A stretch of DNA of 64,000 nucleotides from a virus (Duplodnaviria > Heunggongvirae > Uroviricota > Caudoviricetes). Position numbers and translations under genes: made by a program. This document shows positions 50,174 to 58,848 of this stretch, piece after piece (positions within the stretch are counted from its first letter, which is position 1; each line of letters begins with the position of its first letter). Location: IMG/VR virus record IMGVR_UViG_2974794945_000001, positions 165,273 through 229,272 of that record. One strand, written 5' to 3'. The notes under the pieces are model-generated. The model did not search any database, was not told the origin of the DNA, and saw only the letters and a list, made by a program, of their open reading frames with translations.

Positions 50174-50207
50174 CATAAACGCCTCTCCCTTAGGGAGAGG
50201 CAATATG
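50174..50207. terminator. CATA-hairpin-TATG element, bidirectional
   Basis: GCCTCTCCC/GGGAGAGGC between convergent genes. Confidence 0.75.
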
Positions 50208-50212
50208 CCGTA

Positions 50213-50647
50213 TTAACCCACCAATGTTAAACCTGTAGTCATTAATCGGTGGAAGTCACCATACTTATCAACTATCCAAACTCTTCCGCCCCAGGGGCTG
50301 TAATATGTCCTGAGTCGTTTAACATAGACCGGATATAATTCCGGATGAGATGTCCAGGTATCATTAGCGACACTGTAACTTTCTGCAGTTTGTAATAATA
50401 CATTAATCAACAATGTCCCAGCACCAACAGGATTTGCTTTTATAGCCGCCTTAGCTTGAGAAACTTCGTTGGGTGTAGTTGCAATCTGCCAAATAGGAAT
50501 AGCCAATTCAGGTGTAAAAGAAAACACACCGTCTGAATTGTCGTATACCAAAACCTGATCTTTGTTACCAGATGTTTTAGCAAACAGCGCAATGATCTTA
50601 TCTAAGTATCGTTTAATGTTAGTAAGCATTGAAGCTTGAGTAGCCAT
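50213..50647 (-). CDS. Putative tail-associated protein, paralog 1
   Basis: Aligns by eye with 50658-51056. Confidence 0.5.
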   Translation of the reverse strand: MATQASMLTNIKRYLDKIIALFAKTSGNKDQVLVYDNSDGVFSFTPELAIPIWQIATTPNEVSQAKAAIKANPVGAGTLLINVLLQTAESYSVANDTWTSHPELYPVYVKRLRTYYSPWGGRVWIVDKYGDFHRLMTTGLTLVG

Positions 50648-50657
50648 GTTACGTACC

Positions 50658-51056
50658 TCATGTAGTAGGGGTAGTTGTATCGACTAAATAGAACTTTCCC
50701 GACTCAGCAAAGTAATAAACTTTGCCATTGTTTCGACCCAGTACTAAACAATTATTACGTAAGAAAGAACGATTACCTGTGTATGGGCTAGACACCCATG
50801 ACCCTGAACTTTTTGTCCAGTTGGTGCTGTCTCTTACATCAAGGTAATCAACTGGTGCACCTGCCTGCAAAGCTGTTGCTTCTGCCGCACTTGTGGCCAG
50901 GTTAAAAATAGCCATAGGCATACCTGGATAAAACGTCATCCCTTTAGAATTGTTAGTTGAAATAAAGGCAGATGAATTTTTAGGTACGCCTGTAATTAAA
51001 TCAGTAATCCTTTTTAATGTGGTAAAAATACTGGCAGTGAATTCATCAAATGTCAT
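50658..51056 (-). CDS. Putative tail-associated protein, paralog 2
   Basis: Aligns with both neighbours. Confidence 0.5.
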   Translation of the reverse strand: MTFDEFTASIFTTLKRITDLITGVPKNSSAFISTNNSKGMTFYPGMPMAIFNLATSAAEATALQAGAPVDYLDVRDSTNWTKSSGSWVSSPYTGNRSFLRNNCLVLGRNNGKVYYFAESGKFYLVDTTTPTT

Positions 51057-51058
51057 AA

Positions 51059-52117
51059 CTACAACCTGTATAAACGTAGGGCGGAATCCATGTAATAGTA
51101 TTTACCCGTAGTAACATTGAAATGGAGCCATTCTTTTGCTAACCAACCTTCAGCAACTATTTCTGCTTTAGTACTGGTTACCTTAGTCCATGTTCCAGAG
51201 GCGTCTACCCATTTACTCCAATCACGAATATCAATAATGGGTTCACGTCGTTCGGGCCTTTGAAATACTTTCCAGGTTGCTAATCCCTGTGACATTGCGG
51301 TATAGCCAAAAGACTGAGGTCCACGGAATACGGCTAAGTTAGGATCGGTACTAAGATCAATAATGGTTTTAGCCGGTTCAAAGTAAACGGTACTACCCAT
51401 CTGGGTTGTTTCAATTGTAAGGATATCCCCTTTACGGGTAACTTTTACACGACACCCATTTGGTTGCAATGACCAACCTCCATGTCCACCATTCAAACCA
51501 GCCCCAGTTGCAACTGTACCGTCCATCCAAGTAAGTCCATTTAGAACCGTAGCAACACGATAACGACTGTCGGCAAAATTAAAATAATCTACATCTATAG
51601 TCATAGGTGCAGCACCGTTACCGCCACGCATTACAGATAACGTGTGCGTTAAACCAGTTGCTTTATCTAACGCGTAAGCTACAATAACACCCGCAAAATC
51701 GTCATCTCCATCTGTAGATGAAATTTGTACTTCAAATACGTAGTCATCAAATTTTTCAGGAGAAACAAAACCCATTACAGAAACTGAGTTTATTGTAGAT
51801 TTGATAGAATCAGATGGTTGGTCGTATGTCCATGCATTTAATTCATCGGTATTAAAAGAATCGGTAGTGGGGTCATCCCCACGACTTATTCTTTTCCACC
51901 ACTTAAATACATTCTGAAAGTTTTCTGCTACACCTTTTTGTGTTTCCAGTTCATCTGTAGTTTCAACAATAGATGCTGGTTTGGTACTGGCTCGCCCTGT
52001 AAACTTACCTTCCGGTGTAGTAACAAGAATTGTGTTCTGTAAATTCTCTGGAACAACAAAACTGGCGGCCACATCATCGGTGAATTCATCAACGCCTGAA
52101 ATAAGGGTATCAATCAT
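51059..52117 (-). CDS. Putative tail fibre / lectin-like beta-sandwich protein
   Basis: DGDDDFAGVIVAY and W/G/T-rich beta strands; C-terminus shared with paralog 2. Confidence 0.5.
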   Translation of the reverse strand: MIDTLISGVDEFTDDVAASFVVPENLQNTILVTTPEGKFTGRASTKPASIVETTDELETQKGVAENFQNVFKWWKRISRGDDPTTDSFNTDELNAWTYDQPSDSIKSTINSVSVMGFVSPEKFDDYVFEVQISSTDGDDDFAGVIVAYALDKATGLTHTLSVMRGGNGAAPMTIDVDYFNFADSRYRVATVLNGLTWMDGTVATGAGLNGGHGGWSLQPNGCRVKVTRKGDILTIETTQMGSTVYFEPAKTIIDLSTDPNLAVFRGPQSFGYTAMSQGLATWKVFQRPERREPIIDIRDWSKWVDASGTWTKVTSTKAEIVAEGWLAKEWLHFNVTTGKYYYMDSALRLYRL

Positions 52118-52120
52118 AAT

Positions 52121-52483
52121 TTAAACCCTTTTATTAGGATGTTCAATACGCACCAGTAGTTTTAATGGTCCAGTGTGAAAGTTGTGTAATGTAACAACCC
52201 CAGCAGCGGTAATGCCAATAACTACGTATGCCTCTGAGTTAATCCATGAATTTAAAGTAACCGAGCCAGCAACCGTGTCTTGGATTAATGCAGTAATGCG
52301 GGTAGAACGATAATCGTAATTAACCCCTGCAGCGCCTAACAGTGTTGCCAAGTTGTATGTCTTTGTACTATTTTCAGCTACTGTAATTTCTTCATATACC
52401 ACTGGTCGAGTAACTGCTTCAACACGAGTAAAATAACTAGTGATGTAAGAAAGCATTGCTGTAAGTGTCATGTGTAACTCCAA
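52121..52483 (-). CDS. Putative tail-associated protein
   Basis: Beta-rich ORF in the same operon. Confidence 0.5.
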   Translation of the reverse strand: MELHMTLTAMLSYITSYFTRVEAVTRPVVYEEITVAENSTKTYNLATLLGAAGVNYDYRSTRITALIQDTVAGSVTLNSWINSEAYVVIGITAAGVVTLHNFHTGPLKLLVRIEHPNKRV

Positions 52484-52489
52484 TTGGAT

Positions 52490-54007
52490 TTAGTGGGCCA
52501 TGTATTGTTTAATAACTGACATGATCTTACCCAGATTAACATTTTTGACTTTGCTACTTGGAGGTAGGTAATCATAAATAGCAGTAAACAATTTAGCCAC
52601 CCTCTGATTGGCTGGAATGGTTGGCGTATTAATCAAACTAACCAATTCGCCGTAACCTAAAGGACCTTCCAGATTAGGCTGGAACCGAGTAATGTCAACG
52701 GTGGTTGTATATTCAAAAGGTTCTCTAAGTTTACCAATGACTTTATCGCCATTATTAATCTTAAACGGGGTGCCATTTCCACCAAACCAAACATCTACTG
52801 AACCTACGCCTTGGGTATACTTTAGACTGCCTACAACTTCATCATTAAGATAAAGATCGCCAATGATAGTACCTAGACCGTCAACGCCAACAATGTGGCT
52901 ACGCAAAGCTACCGTGTCTGCATACCCAGTGTCCACAGCACTAACAATTACATTAGCGGTATTGGTGAACTGAACAATGGGACTGCCACCCGTGGTATAA
53001 AGGAAGACAAATGTTTCAACGGAACCATCTTCCAATTCCAACAGAAAGTTAATTTGGTTTAAACCTAACTTAGTCAGTGTAACCGTAGGCATATCCTCGG
53101 GGTCAATCAAAGTTGCTGAGTTTACAATCAGTTTACTTTCAGACCCACCTGCCCAAATATCTTCACTGTCTAACAAACCGTTGTACAATGGGTGGTCACC
53201 GTACGTGCTACGTAAAAAGCCTACGTTAACAGGTGTCCGGTTATAGTCACCAGAGAAATAAGCCCCAAAGTTAACAGCTAGTTTATTAGCCATTGCAAAC
53301 CATGCTTGGTTAGCTACGGGATAAGCTTGTTGAATATTAGGGATTACCGAACCATGGTCAGTCATGATTACTAAACCACCGCCTTGCCGTCGGTACGTAA
53401 TTAGATCACGCACGGCGTTATCGGTAAGCTCTGTAGTGGACGTAGTGTATGTCGAACTCATTATGAACACACCAGCGTATTGTTCCAACTCATCTAAAGT
53501 TGGATTCAGATTACCAGCGGGATAACTTGTTCGGATTTTATACGTTGGTGTAATACCAGCAATTGCACAAATTCCATTCAGTGTAGTAAGAAAACTAAAA
53601 CTGTCGGAATCAATAAGGCAATAGCTTGCACCGTAAGGAGCATTACCCAAGAACAGAAACTTATTATTACCAGCTGCAACTTTCTTAGGGTCGGCTACCC
53701 ACTTCAATGCGTTGTGTACGTATTTGTGAGCACCTGATAAACCAGCAAACGTGGTAGCTCCGTTCCATGATCCGTTTTGCATCTTAGGGAAACCACCATC
53801 ATACACAATTCGGCCACGACCGTCTTGTGTTACACCGATGAATGGATTGGGTGGAGTCAGTTGATCATAGGCAATGTATTCAGATAGCACTGGGGGTAGA
53901 TCATTTAATGTCCATGCTACTCTTTTTACATCAGAACTAAATGACCAATCCAGGTCAATACTGCCAACATAATTGCCGGGAATTTTACTAGGGGTTACGG
54001 TGGCCAT
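52490..54007 (-). CDS. Putative tail fibre protein with GATase1/DUF4350-like domain
   Basis: ATG 54007 after AAGG; YRRQGGGLVIMTDH and GRGRIVYDGGF motifs. Confidence 0.5.
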   Translation of the reverse strand: MATVTPSKIPGNYVGSIDLDWSFSSDVKRVAWTLNDLPPVLSEYIAYDQLTPPNPFIGVTQDGRGRIVYDGGFPKMQNGSWNGATTFAGLSGAHKYVHNALKWVADPKKVAAGNNKFLFLGNAPYGASYCLIDSDSFSFLTTLNGICAIAGITPTYKIRTSYPAGNLNPTLDELEQYAGVFIMSSTYTTSTTELTDNAVRDLITYRRQGGGLVIMTDHGSVIPNIQQAYPVANQAWFAMANKLAVNFGAYFSGDYNRTPVNVGFLRSTYGDHPLYNGLLDSEDIWAGGSESKLIVNSATLIDPEDMPTVTLTKLGLNQINFLLELEDGSVETFVFLYTTGGSPIVQFTNTANVIVSAVDTGYADTVALRSHIVGVDGLGTIIGDLYLNDEVVGSLKYTQGVGSVDVWFGGNGTPFKINNGDKVIGKLREPFEYTTTVDITRFQPNLEGPLGYGELVSLINTPTIPANQRVAKLFTAIYDYLPPSSKVKNVNLGKIMSVIKQYMAH

Positions 54008-54018
54008 TACAGTTACCT

Positions 54019-56169
54019 TTACCGCATCCAACCAGGAATACGGTTAACAGTTTTAGGGATTTCAAATTGCTTACTATCAATGACAATATCGAATTGTTCA
54101 AAAGCTTTCTGGAGAGTACCGTGCATTAGACGATGTTCATCAAGCTCTTCAGGTTGTTCTTTGATGAACGATTCAAATGCTTCCTTTTGTTCAAAGGGAG
54201 ATTTAACACCTGTGATTTCTTCAACCATTGATTGACTCCAAGCAAGGATGTCGGCTGAACGGGTAGAGATGTTAGGTTCCTCACCTGTATCCAAAGTAGC
54301 AGTAAAAACAATTGTCTGTGAATCCTGACCAATCCGATAGATACGAGCAATAGCTTGTTCTAGAATATAGCTACGGAAAGGGGAATTCAAAATCAACATG
54401 GTGTCGGCCATGGTAAGGCGTACAGCTGTTGCTAAAGAAGCGTATGTAGCCAACAATGGGTTTAGCTTAGGGTCTTTATCAAAACGAGTAACAATAGAAG
54501 CTAGCTCGTTAGATGTTTTACCATAAACTGCAATTGGAGACATGCCCAATTTACGTACATGCACTTCAGAAGCTTCTAGCGCTTCAACAAATGAAGTGAA
54601 CATGATGGTTTTCTTTTGGGTAGATTCGACAATACCAACCCAGTCTACATACGGAACCATTGCAACGTGACATTCAATACGTTTACCACCCAAGATACGC
54701 CCAAGGGTTTCTCCTTGGATCTTAAGCATAACGTATTTAATAGCTGACTTAACATCACGGAACTCATGAATCATTGATTGCGGTAGCGATGGACCAAACA
54801 CCAGTTTCTCATAACGGTTAGTTGCTTTGATTTCTTCCCCTGTAAATCTAGGGTCAGGGTTAGCAATAACAATCTTGAGCACTCTACGGTATTCGTTGTA
54901 CGCAGCAATCTGTTCTTTAGTCTTTAACTTAGATTCATGAATAGCAAGACACTGTGCCCAATACTTATCATCTTGGGGTTTGCGATCTTTATAGAACTTC
55001 ACCCGTTCTCGAATGAACTGTTCCATTACTACTTTAATAGCAGCCAATGTAAAGTCTTTACCATTAGGAATCTGAATCTTGTAAGGTTTCATAATGGGTG
55101 GCTTTAGACCAGTTGATTCTTCCGTCTTAGCAATAAAGAAAGACATGAATCCCATTCGATGTCGGATGATATCTAAACCTTTACCGCCCTCTTTACCAAA
55201 GATCAGTTTAAAGCGTGCCTCAACCTCAGGAGTAAACAATGGATCAGATACGGCCATCAGTGTGATGAGTTCTGTACCAAGTGCCTTCACGGGCGTACCA
55301 GAGGCTAGGATGTTATCTTTAGAACCTAACGCTTTAACACATGCAATGTACAATTGTGTTTGTAGCGACTTAGGATCGTTCATGTTGTGGCATTCATCTA
55401 GGGCTGTAAAGATTTTCAGTCCTTTGAATACACCTGAATGAATAATGTCTAAGAAATTAGCCAGCCATTGGTAGTGTACAACAATTACTTTTTCATTGTT
55501 GTATGGACGACCCATATCCGATGCCCAAACAGATGGTCCTTCCTTATACATCTCTTCTAGAGAAACAGTATCGGAATAATCATTCGATTCCATAGAAGGA
55601 ACCCAAACTGTGTTGACTGCTCTTTTCTCAACAAAGAAGATCATTCGATCGGCATGAAGCATCTCACCAATCATTGTGGTCATGGCTGTTTTGCCAGTAC
55701 CAGGTTCAGCGTGTAACAGATCACCCGTTAAGTTCCACTGATCAAGTCGATGGTTATAAGACTTGAAATAATCCATCTGTTCTTGTTTAGGGGTAAACTT
55801 AAATTTCTCTAACTGCTTGAAGTCTAATCGGCCCGGCTTATTAGGATCTGGTTTAGCATAAGCTTGACCAATCCATGTGGACTCTATCATTGCTGCCCGA
55901 ATAGCAGCGGCTTGCTTGACAGAAATGTACCGAGAACGATAGTTCATTACGCTATCAAGAATGTACATGAAGTCAGGAGCAAAGAACTTATAAAAACGTA
56001 GTTCCGTACTTGATGCATGGTTAAAAATGTTAGATGCAATACGTGAGGTTTTCCAGTGCTTGGAAATGTCTCGGACGAGGTGGCTCCCGTTTACGCCAGA
56101 AAGGATGATTTCGTTGCCTTGTTCTTTGGCAACTACGACGCCCATCACACGTCTGAAATAGCTCTGCAT
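54019..56169 (-). CDS. SF2 (SNF2-like) DNA helicase, phiKZ gp203-like
   Basis: HAEPGTGKT, LDECHN, ASGTP and QAIARIYRIGQ motifs. Confidence 0.88.
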   Translation of the reverse strand: MQSYFRRVMGVVVAKEQGNEIILSGVNGSHLVRDISKHWKTSRIASNIFNHASSTELRFYKFFAPDFMYILDSVMNYRSRYISVKQAAAIRAAMIESTWIGQAYAKPDPNKPGRLDFKQLEKFKFTPKQEQMDYFKSYNHRLDQWNLTGDLLHAEPGTGKTAMTTMIGEMLHADRMIFFVEKRAVNTVWVPSMESNDYSDTVSLEEMYKEGPSVWASDMGRPYNNEKVIVVHYQWLANFLDIIHSGVFKGLKIFTALDECHNMNDPKSLQTQLYIACVKALGSKDNILASGTPVKALGTELITLMAVSDPLFTPEVEARFKLIFGKEGGKGLDIIRHRMGFMSFFIAKTEESTGLKPPIMKPYKIQIPNGKDFTLAAIKVVMEQFIRERVKFYKDRKPQDDKYWAQCLAIHESKLKTKEQIAAYNEYRRVLKIVIANPDPRFTGEEIKATNRYEKLVFGPSLPQSMIHEFRDVKSAIKYVMLKIQGETLGRILGGKRIECHVAMVPYVDWVGIVESTQKKTIMFTSFVEALEASEVHVRKLGMSPIAVYGKTSNELASIVTRFDKDPKLNPLLATYASLATAVRLTMADTMLILNSPFRSYILEQAIARIYRIGQDSQTIVFTATLDTGEEPNISTRSADILAWSQSMVEEITGVKSPFEQKEAFESFIKEQPEELDEHRLMHGTLQKAFEQFDIVIDSKQFEIPKTVNRIPGWMR

Positions 56170-56249
56170 GGTTAAACCCTTGTTCTTTATTAGAAGTCAT
56201 AAGATTAGCCTCAGTGTAGTTTAAGTAATAAAGTACGCAAGAATGCCAA

Positions 56250-56419
56250 TACTATAGACAAGGGTACGCGCGAATGCGCAGACCGCGAGGAGGTGATCCA
56301 GTCGTTAATCCCAAACCAGGTGCTTTACCAAGCCATAGCTGAGAAGCTACGAAAGCCTGACTACGAACCTTGTCTATTAGAGTCTGACCTCTGTTGGTTA
56401 CCTTCGGGTAACCATTATG
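56250..56419 (+). ncRNA. Candidate structured small RNA with 16S 3'-end complement
   Basis: 10-bp closing stem 56254-63/56368-77, internal hairpins, and an orphan UUCG terminator with no upstream + gene. Confidence 0.55.
56396..56419 (+). terminator. Intrinsic terminator (orphan)
   Basis: GGTTACC-TTCG-GGTAACC-ATTATG. Confidence 0.7.
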
Positions 56420-56443
56420 TCCTAACACAAAAAATCTCACGTC

Positions 56444-56451
56444 TATATTAC
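56444..56451 (+). promoter_or_regulatory. Early promoter core TATATTAC (TCTCACGTC variant)
   Basis: Motif match. Confidence 0.75.
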
Positions 56452-56479
56452 ATATTCACACTATCAAAAGGAATTTACC

Positions 56480-56983
56480 ATGTCCCATAATCCAATGTCT
56501 GAATTGCACCAACAACAGATCACCGGTGGTACTAACCCACTCACTAACATCTCTGTGTCCAGTGTAGCGGGTAAAGTGAGCTTTGGTACCGAAGCTGATC
56601 CTACCGAAGTATATCAAGATTGGCCTGCGCGTTTTCATGTGCTGGACTCAGTTGACTTCTTGACTTACGAACAAGTGTTAAAAGCGTTTACTGACGAAGA
56701 TACTTGGTTTAAACTTGATGCAGTTCATGACGCTATTAATGAAGCAGGTCAACGCTTGGTTAATATAGGCTATGATGACGATATTGGTACTGCTGTTAAA
56801 CGCATGACTGTGTCGCTGCCTGGTATTATGCCACCCGATGTATTGAAAGCACTGTACGAAAAAGTGCGTGATGCTGGCCATCTACTTTATCCGGTACGCC
56901 GTATGGGTATTGACAGTACTACGTTTACCGTCTTCACTATTGTCCCAGGATATGCAGCTCTTGCACAGCACTCCAACAGTTGA
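56480..56983 (+). CDS. Hypothetical early protein
   Basis: AAGGA SD. Confidence 0.7.
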   Translation: MSHNPMSELHQQQITGGTNPLTNISVSSVAGKVSFGTEADPTEVYQDWPARFHVLDSVDFLTYEQVLKAFTDEDTWFKLDAVHDAINEAGQRLVNIGYDDDIGTAVKRMTVSLPGIMPPDVLKALYEKVRDAGHLLYPVRRMGIDSTTFTVFTIVPGYAALAQHSNS

Positions 56984-57398
56984 TACAATCCCACTAGAGA
57001 CTCGTGTAAAGATCATTGCTGAAGCTGCGGCCTATGCAAATGAAAGATACATGGAACGGTGCTGGATTGAAAACGATGCAGAAGGCTTTACCGGTTGGCG
57101 GTGGGACAAGCACAATGTGATACCTTACATTGTCTGCGCCGCTAATCGTTACAAAGATTTTATTGTCACAGGTAGTCGTCATCTATCTGCACCTATGTGG
57201 ATGACAATTGAATTGGTGGGTATGGATGCACTACATGCCTACGCTGGTGGGCGCGATAACGAAGAACAAGGTTTCATTGACCAGTTCGGTACTTATTGGA
57301 ATCGACGTGATGCGTATGCCCACTGTGTTAAACATGGTCGTCTTTTGTTAGAAGACGGGGCGTCTAAAACACAGTTGTTTTCTGAACATCTCTTTTAA
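56952..57398 (+). CDS. Conserved phage hypothetical protein (CAA..G.RH..QGF.D..LFSE family)
   Basis: Recognisable motif pattern; start codon uncertain. Confidence 0.6.
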   Translation: MQLLHSTPTVDTIPLETRVKIIAEAAAYANERYMERCWIENDAEGFTGWRWDKHNVIPYIVCAANRYKDFIVTGSRHLSAPMWMTIELVGMDALHAYAGGRDNEEQGFIDQFGTYWNRRDAYAHCVKHGRLLLEDGASKTQLFSEHLF

Positions 57399-57406
57399 GG
57401 ATTAAC

Positions 57407-57862
57407 ATGGCTAAGAAAAAACCAGCTACTACAGTTCGTATTGAATTTGTAGGTACTGGGATTGTAATTGAAAACGTTATCTTTAAGTCTATTCCTTTAA
57501 TGCCCGGAATGACACAGTATGCGCACATTGAACAAAAAGGTAATTCCTGGTTGTTCTTGCATACAGAAGGAATGCTGTTTGATGAATTGTGTGGTGAAAA
57601 TGAAACGCGTGTTTTGCGTTCTTTTACTAAGGAACCAACACCTCGTTCAAAAACACTCACTCTACCAATTGTTTGTTTGATGACTGCAGATGACAGACCT
57701 TTGGCTGTAACGCGCTACACGGTGTTGACTGCAATGAATGCAAACAAGTTTTATTTCCTAGATGAGTTACCTGATCACACGTTCCGTATCTGTCATGAGA
57801 CCAAATGGTTTCCAGGTACGTTACATGAACAAGTAACCGCTATTAAAATTACAAAGGAATAA
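57407..57862 (+). CDS. Hypothetical protein
   Basis: AAGGA SD. Confidence 0.65.
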   Translation: MAKKKPATTVRIEFVGTGIVIENVIFKSIPLMPGMTQYAHIEQKGNSWLFLHTEGMLFDELCGENETRVLRSFTKEPTPRSKTLTLPIVCLMTADDRPLAVTRYTVLTAMNANKFYFLDELPDHTFRICHETKWFPGTLHEQVTAIKITKE

Positions 57863-57864
57863 AA

Positions 57865-58245
57865 ATGCCTGATCGTAACTTTGTATGTGACTGGTTTGGG
57901 GGCATCCATTTGATAGTTGCTAATAATCTTAGTGACGTTGAATGCCTGCAAAAACAGTTTCGTGCTTACTTGCCACAAACCAAAATTGTGGCCATGGACG
58001 ATTTTGTTAAAGCTCCTGAATCATATCCAAGCAGTAGTATAGTTTGGCAGGTACGGGGTGACGGAGCGGGATTAGCTAGTCTTCTGGATAAAGAAGAGTG
58101 GGATGGTTCTATTCTTTTTATTCCCACTAGCGTAATTATTGTTAATGACGACGGTAGCTATGTTGATCTCCGTGATCAATTTGGTAGTAAATGGGGTGTA
58201 CACCCTTATCACGTTAAACGAGATTCCAATGAAGCCAGCCAGTAA
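57865..58245 (+). CDS. Hypothetical protein
   Basis: AAGGA SD. Confidence 0.6.
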   Translation: MPDRNFVCDWFGGIHLIVANNLSDVECLQKQFRAYLPQTKIVAMDDFVKAPESYPSSSIVWQVRGDGAGLASLLDKEEWDGSILFIPTSVIIVNDDGSYVDLRDQFGSKWGVHPYHVKRDSNEASQ

Positions 58246-58573
58246 CGAAGACCGAGAGTTGTTTATTGCCCATACCGCGGGTTGGATAAAAGATTTTCAG
58301 AAACAAGTTACAGAAGGTAAATTAACGGAACGTGAATTAGCCTGTTTTAATCAAGGCTTGGACATGGGGGTAGGTATACTGTTATCTCTTACAGATTCGC
58401 GGGAAGATAATAAAGCACTTTATCGCATTACCAATACTGAAGGTGAATTCATTCCATTCTATGCTGATAATCATCCTAGTGGGTTCATTAAAGAAGCTGA
58501 TGGTAATTTTAAATCTGAAGAAGGTTTAATTGTTGCTATTCAAAATTGGGATATCAACAAGATTAATTCTTAA
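58229..58573 (+). CDS. Hypothetical protein
   Basis: ATG overlaps the end of the previous gene. Confidence 0.55.
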   Translation: MKPASNEDRELFIAHTAGWIKDFQKQVTEGKLTERELACFNQGLDMGVGILLSLTDSREDNKALYRITNTEGEFIPFYADNHPSGFIKEADGNFKSEEGLIVAIQNWDINKINS

Positions 58574-58642
58574 GGATACATAATGCCTGTATATGAACAA
58601 GTGAGGATACGATTTTAAACTGTTAACCCAAAGGGGTCTCTC

Positions 58643-58810
58643 ATGTCAAAGTCGTATCGTACCTGCTATTACTCCCGCAAAGAACTCTGGTCCCCTCGCC
58701 CAATGCGTTTCTGGACTGCTAATAAATGGTCCAAGGTTAAATGCCATCGGATCGAACGAGTTCAAGCAAAACACCAAATCTTCAACGAACTACATGCACT
58801 GTGCTGCTAA
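58643..58810 (+). CDS. 55-aa basic protein
   Basis: AAGGGG SD; MSKSYRTCYYSRK...; terminator immediately after. Confidence 0.55.
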   Translation: MSKSYRTCYYSRKELWSPRPMRFWTANKWSKVKCHRIERVQAKHQIFNELHALCC

Positions 58811-58833
58811 CCCTTCGGGGTTAGCTTTATTTT
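58806..58833 (+). terminator. Intrinsic terminator
   Basis: GCTAACCC-TTCG-GGGTTAGC-TTTATTTT. Confidence 0.75.
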
Positions 58834-58848
58834 CTTTAGAGGTTTTAC

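Noticed and set aside
56336-56360. CTGAGAA...GAAA resembling a hammerhead ribozyme core
   Set aside because: The invariant G8 is missing, stem II would be a single pair, and I found no stem I/III partners.
56293-56490. 65-aa ORF from the track
   Set aside because: Its GTG lies inside the SD-like motif, and the frame crosses a terminator and a promoter.
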